From an uncultured bacterium (lineage in GTDB: Bacteria > Planctomycetota > UBA8108 > UBA1146), in NCBI GenBank assembly GCA_938075155.1, contig CALJGL010000038.1, forward strand, positions 36,767-100,766: a stretch of 64,000 bases of DNA. Direction: 5' to 3'. Of the stretch, positions 57,801-64,000 are shown piece after piece. The notes under the pieces were generated by a model. That model had not been told where the DNA came from. It did not search any database and saw nothing but the letters and a program-made list of their open reading frames with translations. The stretch's first letter is position 1. Every line of letters starts with the position of its first letter. Made by a program: the position numbers and the translations under genes.

Positions 57801-58950
57801 CTTCGTCCAACATTTCCACCCGAATGGCAGTGTCTCCTGGGTCTTCGATGGCGATGTATCTACGAAGGCTATCTCCGGCAGGAACCCGGAATCTCATTTC
57901 TAGGTCTTTTCGTAATGGGGTGGTCAATTGAACAAGGCGTTCAGACTTTTCTTTGTTCGATACCTCCACGGCAATGACTCGAAATGCCTTCCGATTACCG
58001 GATCCGCGTCGAGTGATTTGACCTCCACGGCGATCAATGAAATCGGGACCACCATGGTGATCCTTTTGATGATACTCGTACGCAATCACTCTTTCTGATG
58101 GCGGCCATGCCTCGTCAATAATCCTAAAACTCAAAGTCTCTGCGAGTTCTGCGGGAGGAGAGATTTCGCGGATGCTCGAATCGGAAATCGACTCTTCATC
58201 GTCAGATTCGGAATCTTCGAAGTCGAAGTCAAATCGAGATTTTTCATCAAATGAAGACTTACGTTGCTGAATCAATATCGCTTTTGAGTCTGTGTTCTCT
58301 TCTTCTGTATTGACGAGGGGTGGGGTGATATCGAGAGGCTTGGGGATGGGAATGCTGACGGGCTTGAAGTCGGGAGCGATGTCTTTATTTGTCGCTTCAC
58401 TCGATATACCCACAGTGGTGGATTCTTGAGGAGTAGCAGAGTCTATCGAATCAAAGATCAGGAAACCTGCGAGAGAGAGGGCCCCTATGATGAGCAAAAT
58501 AGATCCTACTGGGGAGCGTTGTGGACGACTGGTGCGCCCCTTGGGACTTTTCGAGGGTTGAGCCTTTTTCTTGGTAGAGTTGTTGGACGTCTTCGGTGGT
58601 GTTTTATCAGAGGTTTGTGGACTCGAAGTGACGGCTGGTTTTTTTCGGTTATTGGCCCAACTTAATCGAGCTTGACCGATCACAATGACATCTCCTTGTT
58701 GAAAAGGCATTTCCTTCTCAACAAGATTTTCATTCACTCGTGTACCATTGGTGCTGCCGAGATCTTTAATGAAGAATTTATTATTGGCGAAAATGATCTC
58801 TGCGTGTCGCCGTGAACACAGAGTTTCTTCTAGGCCGATTTCTGGGAGTTCTCCTCTACCTATCAGCCATGGGCCGTCGCCTTTTAATGGATGTTGCCGG
58901 GCTCCGTTTTTATCTCTGATGTTGAGCAGGAAACGGTTTTCTTTGTTCAT
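54874..58950 (-). CDS. Large single-pass membrane protein: FHA - TM - beta-sandwich region - HEXXHXXGXXH zinc-peptidase motif - jelly-roll - CBM4/9-like domain
   Basis: FHA motifs IGR, SRRHA, DLGSTNGT.VN; TM VGSILLIIGALSLAGFLIF; HELGHNIGFGH at 56245-56277; C-terminal LLNGDFE...VTPGKRYEISA...VWFDEIEF. ATG 58950 overlaps the moeA stop. Confidence 0.75.
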   Translation of the reverse strand: MNKENRFLLNIRDKNGARQHPLKGDGPWLIGRGELPEIGLEETLCSRRHAEIIFANNKFFIKDLGSTNGTRVNENLVEKEMPFQQGDVIVIGQARLSWANNRKKPAVTSSPQTSDKTPPKTSNNSTKKKAQPSKSPKGRTSRPQRSPVGSILLIIGALSLAGFLIFDSIDSATPQESTTVGISSEATNKDIAPDFKPVSIPIPKPLDITPPLVNTEEENTDSKAILIQQRKSSFDEKSRFDFDFEDSESDDEESISDSSIREISPPAELAETLSFRIIDEAWPPSERVIAYEYHQKDHHGGPDFIDRRGGQITRRGSGNRKAFRVIAVEVSNKEKSERLVQLTTPLRKDLEMRFRVPAGDSLRRYIAIEDPGDTAIRVEMLDEEGEILQSIERVIASGHRTENLREALAVAKEREREEWIREQFKLRPIEVQVLDEGRNPVAGAQLILLNKESLAVVEGKTNANGFWSSMVVPGAWTVVAHGEIEDEIDPDATTAVFRLPRVFLLQSTLAEDADSLILAPQKDTEISVMDESDKPLSVEKVWITPESVAQAFTTERVAREVGSRARLETQKEVPSGRFRLLLSGIAVELCVLGRTSDGEPVLLRQRTAGDRQVVPVRFSKSVMGRLEYSSASAFGGASDGRIEIVSIDGFRERFSLETKDARRAWVFPGTYRLEVRSQLPGGKSARFLPYRVSVANAGKIDLEPRGPWKSILHYERKDGTLQMRLSLSDANGRVLDSVPSGVGSLAAVDSRGTVLIERELGSMRWQEPRTLDRVDLSKIRIQVDVPYGDSAIQGIAIAEPPITVNDAGSSASGPSVFRQRMTDMMPEVSRSLEGCRVHLGCADGVQRLFMDFDIFMPPGVGGLGGGGVIVLDAAVLHEYTGIGDILPGPYTHELGHNIGFGHDPYMLLADSGVDEGIYGELGYRLLNMSAFQHTMDWLLNRSSDRMQPWQPNASVFAAMRFLHGLGVHHKMFTERRASEVTLLLHGLSSIERIAALYSLALGQNVAWIFRANGWPVFDDRIDLGGSSVKFIKRHPKKLNYNRIDGTIINGWWVRGPVEGKTDETNSSWKRTVWPTPFTDLASDLEPATKTRQWILFRRIAVNKDMEARLAVATDVKLQIRVNGSPVGFVDASAQMFQPMHDELMLNQKKPFPVTLLKGENVIEIAATQIRGTRGFRIELMTPDGTPVPMGVLDEGPPGEPLLDDVVRVENHTPLLNGDFESPEYLDGWINGEVDPVGSIQFRPETEVIGTGTCALRAQVREPGAGGIIQRIVVTPGKRYEISAIMRSEGFRGEAHLGFFTGRLGSWTGRSKPLRTDSDWRRVKFEWSPGQSRTTYLACFVQGLEGTVWFDEIEFKELP

Positions 58951-60182
58951 GCGTCTTCCTCGGTCAATGACCAATAAGTCACGGGTGATCCTGGGGCAAG
59001 GTCGGTCTCGCTCGCCGGAACCTGAACCAGGCAATTCGCTGTCGCGAACCCGGTCAGAAGATGAGAGCCTTGACCTCCGGGTAATTCAATCTTGTCCAAT
59101 CCTCCAGAGGGATCGGGTTGTACTCGTCCTCTCAGCCAGCGTAATCTTTGACCCGCTGGGAGACGGCAACCTTCCTTGAGAACCCCGTTTCTCTGGGGTG
59201 GTATTCCATCTTGTCGGCCTTCTAGAACCGCTAAAGCTGGACGCACAAACATCTCAAAGGAAACGAGACAGGCTGCAGGATTTCCAGGGAGGCCAAAAAA
59301 TGGAATGCCTCCTAAAGTGCCATCTACGAGAGGTTTGCCCGGTTTCATGGCGACCTTCCTGATTTCAACGTCCTCACCCATCTCTTTGGCGACGTCACGT
59401 ATAAAATCAAGATCTCCAGCGCTGATGCCCCCAGTCGTGAGAATGACATCTGGTTTTTGAGCAATGGTTTCACGCAAACCGGTTCGAATGGCGTCGAGAT
59501 CGTCCATTAGGACGGGTCTAGGGAGTGCTGTGGCTCCCCAACGCTCTATTCTTGAGCAAAGTGAATAGAGGTTTGAATTGCGGATTTTTCCCGGTTCTAA
59601 ACTGGAGCCTACGGGGACAAGTTCATTTCCACTGGAATGGACTGCGACGACGGGCTTTTTGAAAACAGAGACCTCTGTGGCGCCCACACTCGCAAGGAGA
59701 CCGATGGCGGCTGGGGTCAGTTTCGAGCCCGTTGTTAAAACTTCACCACCTTCTTCAACGTCTTCACCTTTTTTACGGATGTGCACACCCATTGGGGCTT
59801 CTTGAGTAAAGGTGACAGACTCTCTGCCCACTTGCTCGCAAAGTTCAAAGGGAACGATGGCTTCTCCGCCGGGTGGGACGACTGCACCCGTATAAATACG
59901 CATGGCTTGTCCTGGAAGTAGGGGGATGTTCCCTGGCATTCCCGCTTCGATGACACCAGCAACGGGTAAAGTCACAGGATTTTCAGCGGAGGCCTTTTTT
60001 AAGTCCTGACTTTGGATAACAAAGCCATCCATGGCGGTGTTATCAAAAGGCGGAATCGCATCTCTCGTCATAACTGGATGAGCCAATGTTCTTCCCGTGG
60101 CGTGCTCGATTGCAATCTGCTCCTCTGGAAGTCTTTGAATTCTTACGAGGATCGTATCGCGGACTTGTTCAAGAGAAATCAT
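58947..60182 (-). CDS. moeA: Molybdopterin molybdotransferase
   Basis: IPPFDNTAMDGF, RIYTGAVVPPG, HIRKKGEDV, SSGNEL, IRNSN, TTGGISAGDLD, MKPGKP, GLPGNP, GSHLLT...ANCL. Confidence 0.97.
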   Translation of the reverse strand: MISLEQVRDTILVRIQRLPEEQIAIEHATGRTLAHPVMTRDAIPPFDNTAMDGFVIQSQDLKKASAENPVTLPVAGVIEAGMPGNIPLLPGQAMRIYTGAVVPPGGEAIVPFELCEQVGRESVTFTQEAPMGVHIRKKGEDVEEGGEVLTTGSKLTPAAIGLLASVGATEVSVFKKPVVAVHSSGNELVPVGSSLEPGKIRNSNLYSLCSRIERWGATALPRPVLMDDLDAIRTGLRETIAQKPDVILTTGGISAGDLDFIRDVAKEMGEDVEIRKVAMKPGKPLVDGTLGGIPFFGLPGNPAACLVSFEMFVRPALAVLEGRQDGIPPQRNGVLKEGCRLPAGQRLRWLRGRVQPDPSGGLDKIELPGGQGSHLLTGFATANCLVQVPASETDLAPGSPVTYWSLTEEDA

Positions 60183-60490
60183 GAAGTACCTCTCGTCATG
60201 TTGTGGACCCACTCAAGATATCCCGAAAGACCGCCAGTTACTTCAAGGGCAATAATTTCGGGACAGTCATATGGGTGCATTTCTAGAGCACGTTGACTGA
60301 ATACGTCTATATCAACAGCAGTCTTTACCAATAGAAGAGTTTCAGATTCCCGTTTCAATTCCCCATCCCAGCAGTAGATCGAAGTCCCAGCAGGGAGTGC
60401 ATGAACACACGCTGCGAGGCTGTTATCGACAAGATCCTCAGCGAATGAGGTCGCCCCTGAGGTGGGATGTGAAACCATGAACAAATACAT
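60179..60490 (-). CDS. cutA: Divalent-cation tolerance protein CutA
   Basis: LAACV, SIYCWDG...ESETLLLVKT, HPYDCPEII, YLEWV. Confidence 0.93.
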   Translation of the reverse strand: MYLFMVSHPTSGATSFAEDLVDNSLAACVHALPAGTSIYCWDGELKRESETLLLVKTAVDIDVFSQRALEMHPYDCPEIIALEVTGGLSGYLEWVHNMTRGTS

Positions 60491-60606
60491 TGGGCTGTAC
60501 TCTTCCCTTTGATGCGAAACGTTCCGAATTTTAACATGAGAGCATGTTCAAGAAACGATGAGGAAAATTTGTTCCTAGTGAAGTAAAATAGATCCCCGGA
60601 AAGAAA

Positions 60607-62037
60607 TTGGTCGCAAAATTTAGCTTTTGGAGAGTCTTGGCCCTGACCAAGAGATCTCAGGAGAATCCCCGGTTTATGCCTGTTTCAGAAATTTTTCAGA
60701 CGGATCCATTCGCCGTCAATAAGACCCGATTTGCCCGGAATCCATCCGGAGCAGTGCTCAGCATATTCGGATGTTTCTTCCTGATCTTATGCGTCCAGAA
60801 TCTCGCTGATGGTGGTCTGTCTGTGAACCGGGATGCTTCCGCTTCGGTCATGATCTCTGAGGGGATGCTCGAAAGGGTGACTTTTGTTCTCTTTGGCCAA
60901 GAACGCGAAGAGATCGCTGAAGTTTCTCTCGAAGATGCGGGTTATCGAATCACACTGTTTAATGAGAAATTAGCTTCTCATTATTCTGTCGTCATTGCCT
61001 TGAGTGATCTTATTTCGAGCCAGCCCCTGGGAGTGAAAGCTTCTGATAAAATCCAATCACAGAGATTGTTGAAAATGGAGCAGCGAGAACAGGTTCGCAG
61101 GGAGCGCAGAGCTGCGAAAAAAGCGGAGCGTTCCAGCAGCTCACGAGATCAATCCACAAGTTCCGGGAGCGACCGTCGGAAATCGGGAAACAAGACGAGT
61201 GAAGTTTCTTTCAAGCCGCTCAGTGAAACGATAGAAAAAGGTTTGTCTCGTGAAGAGTGTATGGATTGGCTCGACGAGTACGGAAGTCTCTTGTCCGAAA
61301 TGAGTTCCAGAAATGGAACAGTATTGTCGGAAGGAACGAGTGCTCTTGCCGGTCTCGTGAAATGGTCCAAAGAGAGCGAAAGTAAGCCGAGAGTGTTTCA
61401 TGCCCTCAAATCCGAATCTCTGACGATCGTCGAAAGTGCTGAAGATATAAAAGGAAGTATTTCGTCTCGTATCCGTGAAATACAGCGTACCCGTGAGCAG
61501 CTACAGCAAGGGTTCTTTCAAATTCGGGATATGCCGGAAGTGTTGGATCGAATCCGACTCAGAGTACTCAAGATTGACCAGAAACTGGGGGCTCTAGAAT
61601 CTTTGCAGTGGGCATGTGCCGACGGAATCCTAGCATTGGGAAGTCCGGTCATATTAGCAAAGCAAGATTCAGAGATCAGTACCCAGAAGTCTCGCCAAAG
61701 GACCGTGAATAAAACTATAAGAGCGAAGGGGAGCAAGCCTGCCGTTGCTGTAGTGCCAGTTCGTGCTCTCGAAGATGAAGTGGGAGTGACTCGTGGTGTC
61801 AATGCCGACCCAGAGTCTTCACGTTTTGGCAGAACGCCCACACGCAAATCTGAACGATCAGGCAGCTCTTCCAAGAAGAAGACGATGGAGCCTGTGCTTT
61901 CCGCTCCGGCAGAGGACGAATCTCTGAATGAATCTCCTGTGGGTTCAGGGAACTCTTACAGAGAGATCATTCTGGGAGCACTTCTCGGTGCTCTTGGAGT
62001 TCTATTGATCAGTCAACTCCTCAAGAAGTTGCCGTAA
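60607..62037 (+). CDS. Hypothetical membrane protein with coiled-coil and Ser-rich segments
   Basis: 476-aa ORF; hydrophobic segments near the N-terminus (GAVLSIFGCFFLILCV) and at the C-terminus (IILGALLGALGVLLI); start may be ATG 60676. Confidence 0.6.
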   Translation: MVAKFSFWRVLALTKRSQENPRFMPVSEIFQTDPFAVNKTRFARNPSGAVLSIFGCFFLILCVQNLADGGLSVNRDASASVMISEGMLERVTFVLFGQEREEIAEVSLEDAGYRITLFNEKLASHYSVVIALSDLISSQPLGVKASDKIQSQRLLKMEQREQVRRERRAAKKAERSSSSRDQSTSSGSDRRKSGNKTSEVSFKPLSETIEKGLSREECMDWLDEYGSLLSEMSSRNGTVLSEGTSALAGLVKWSKESESKPRVFHALKSESLTIVESAEDIKGSISSRIREIQRTREQLQQGFFQIRDMPEVLDRIRLRVLKIDQKLGALESLQWACADGILALGSPVILAKQDSEISTQKSRQRTVNKTIRAKGSKPAVAVVPVRALEDEVGVTRGVNADPESSRFGRTPTRKSERSGSSSKKKTMEPVLSAPAEDESLNESPVGSGNSYREIILGALLGALGVLLISQLLKKLP

Positions 62038-62084
62038 GACTGAAGTCGGGGCTATCAGTCCTCAAGTAATAATTTGGCGAAGCT

Positions 62085-64000
62085 TCAAGGGCAACTGCTA
62101 CCTGTGCTGTTGCAATCGAGAGCATCGTCAGTGGGATCTAAACCGCATTCGAGGGTTGTTCCAGGAGCAGGTATTGGAAGGCTTCCAGGAATGAACAGGT
62201 TTGACAAGAGGAAGACTGCATCCGCCACGTTGACTCCGCCATCATCATTACAGTCTCCTGCATCACGGCAGGAAATCGCAGGGCTTCCAGGCACGAACAA
62301 ACTGGCTAATTGGTATACGGCGTCAGCTACGTTTCTTCCGCCATCATTGTTGACGTCTCCACGAATAAACTGTGGGTCGAGAGGTGGATTTGTATTGTTG
62401 GCAAGAGCTGTCAGATACAGTGGAAGGATCTGGAACAAATCGTTGGAGTAACCGCCGATTTCCCATGTCTGACAGATGACTGGCGCAATATCACTATCGT
62501 AGTAAGTACCTACGTTATAAGGCCCAAACAGATCTGATCCCAACCAGATGACTCCTGAGCGATCTCCACCGAGATCAGGATTGATGTCACACGGAATAAG
62601 TCTGTCGGTGTAGTCGTTTCCTGCCGAGTCTTGCGGATAGACAGAATCAAAAAGACTCATATCCAATCCAAATCCAGAGTCCGCTCCCACCAGATTGACG
62701 AGTGAGTCATCTCCATTTTCGACATTTCCAAAAGTTGTATTTTCAACACCGTCATAGTTCGCAAAAATGGTCTGAGGGTCGTATCCCCAGGCATCGTTAC
62801 TTTCGATAAAGATGGATACTGGTGGGCGATCTTGAGAACCATTGAGACCGATATCTCCAGTGTGAATTTCGGAAAGCAATAATCCGTCTGCCGCTGTGAG
62901 TTCATATCTTTCAGGGTAGGTGCCAAGGCATGCCCAGAGTACTTCGGGAATGCCAGTGCGATCGAGAAGGTCCGGAGTGAATTCCGAAACAGTAATAACG
63001 ACCCGCCCTAATTGGGAAAGGGAATCAGCAAGGATTTCACCACTGAGGATGTTGCCTCCTGTTTCTCCTATCCAAATAACGTCTGTGATTCCTGCCCCCG
63101 CTGTGATGGGCAAACTGGTGTTGCTGCACCCTTGGGCAAAGTCGAATCCAATAATCTCATAGGTATGAGATCCCGCAGGAGGAGTATCTACGAAACTCGT
63201 TGATCCACCGGGGATTCCAGTTGCGATCAGGACGCCATTTCTAATTAACTGAATCTCATCATAAGCAGAGGGGTTCGTCCAACTGAGAGTGATGTCTGTT
63301 CCATTTGAGACCGCATTGGGATTCTGTGGAGGGAACACCTGACAGCCGGCATCGAACTGGAGACACCAGCGATCGAAGGTGGCTATGTTTCCAGGGAAAT
63401 CATCTTCAATAGACATAATCCATGGACCCAAACTGGACGTATTAATGAAATCTTGCATTGAGCCCGGACCGCTGGCTTCCATGGCGCACCCGCAGTTGTA
63501 GGGGCCAGCATTAGCAGGCGCTCCATTCGTGTAGACCAGATTGATGTCCGCATCGGATCCACCTAGGAAATCGTGAAGCCGTATTCCTACTCCACCAGGT
63601 GACGCTAAATCGAGGGAGAGGTTTCCAATGAAGGGGTGACGAATATCCACGAGTACGTCGATATCACCGATCAGGCTATTGTTCGCTACAAAAATGATGT
63701 CTGTGATAGGGCTAGCGGCCTGATTGATGACTGAGCCCGGTTCTCTGCAAGCGGAGTAATCTCTCGCTTGAAGCAAGACCAAGTTTTTACAGGTTAAATC
63801 TGAGACATTGCCGTTTTGTATTCCTTCGATACAGACTTCAGTGGTTCCAGGAGTCTGAGGAGATCCACCGGTCCATGTGGTGGAGCTACCGGGAATCGTC
63901 GCTTCGAAATTTCCACCTATGTAGATGTTGATTTGGTCGTAAATCGTTGTGCTGACCCAGTTCGCAGTTACCACACCCGTTCCAGGTTCAGCACTTGCAC
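62085..64000 (-). CDS. Secreted modular protein, 3' part: FN3/Ig-like repeats + proprotein-convertase P-domain-like + unknown domain + C-terminal dockerin
   Basis: Frame open to the window end; P-domain-like DIDVLVDIRHPFIGNLSLDLASPGG...GPWIMSIED..PGNIATFDRWCLQF; FN3-like ITLSWTN...IQLIRNG; dockerin RGDVNNDGGRNVAD...DCNDDGGVNVAD. Confidence 0.8.
   Translation of the reverse strand, partial: ASAEPGTGVVTANWVSTTIYDQINIYIGGNFEATIPGSSTTWTGGSPQTPGTTEVCIEGIQNGNVSDLTCKNLVLLQARDYSACREPGSVINQAASPITDIIFVANNSLIGDIDVLVDIRHPFIGNLSLDLASPGGVGIRLHDFLGGSDADINLVYTNGAPANAGPYNCGCAMEASGPGSMQDFINTSSLGPWIMSIEDDFPGNIATFDRWCLQFDAGCQVFPPQNPNAVSNGTDITLSWTNPSAYDEIQLIRNGVLIATGIPGGSTSFVDTPPAGSHTYEIIGFDFAQGCSNTSLPITAGAGITDVIWIGETGGNILSGEILADSLSQLGRVVITVSEFTPDLLDRTGIPEVLWACLGTYPERYELTAADGLLLSEIHTGDIGLNGSQDRPPVSIFIESNDAWGYDPQTIFANYDGVENTTFGNVENGDDSLVNLVGADSGFGLDMSLFDSVYPQDSAGNDYTDRLIPCDINPDLGGDRSGVIWLGSDLFGPYNVGTYYDSDIAPVICQTWEIGGYSNDLFQILPLYLTALANNTNPPLDPQFIRGDVNNDGGRNVADAVYQLASLFVPGSPAISCRDAGDCNDDGGVNVADAVFLLSNLFIPGSLPIPAPGTTLECGLDPTDDALDCNSTGSSCP

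Overview
64 kb of ordinary-looking bacterial chromosome, gene-dense and with roughly balanced GC by eye. The dockerin type, DUF1844 and the vWA-associated genes suggest an uncultured Planctomycetota-like Gram-negative (inference). Most of it is housekeeping: secA, waaA, metK, asnS, nadD, ald, a polyprenyl synthase, moaC, folD, mutL, aroF, an M16 peptidase pair, efp, mutY, aroC, LPS/sugar-nucleotide genes, queC, kdsB, pyrG, metG, mobA, moeA and cutA. I saw no rRNA, tRNA, CRISPR array or mobile element, but this was by eye, not a scan. Three things stand out. (1) Two adjacent genes are each split by an in-frame TGA at a Cys-type position. One is an AhpD-like CxxU protein (32692-33246). The other is a membrane-anchored coiled-coil protein (33380-34987) with C-x2-C-x4-C-x7-(TGA), followed by a perfect 7-bp hairpin with a GGUC loop that looks like a bacterial SECIS: a candidate new selenoprotein family. 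(2) A five-gene cluster (6404-14448) encodes secreted, enzyme-free proteins with 0-3 cohesin-like modules and a C-terminal Cys-containing dockerin each, a cellulosome-like, possibly self-polymerising scaffold; a sixth dockerin protein with a P-domain lies at the right edge. (3) Several unusual domain architectures: an EF-P with an LSKG tip loop near a YmfF/YmfH-like pair, a DAACS transporter and an MsbA-like exporter with large extracytoplasmic insertions, and an FHA-TM-zinc protease-CBM protein. All family assignments come from motifs recognised by eye; no database search was run. Start codons were adjusted from the ORF track where RBS or overlap evidence favoured an internal start.
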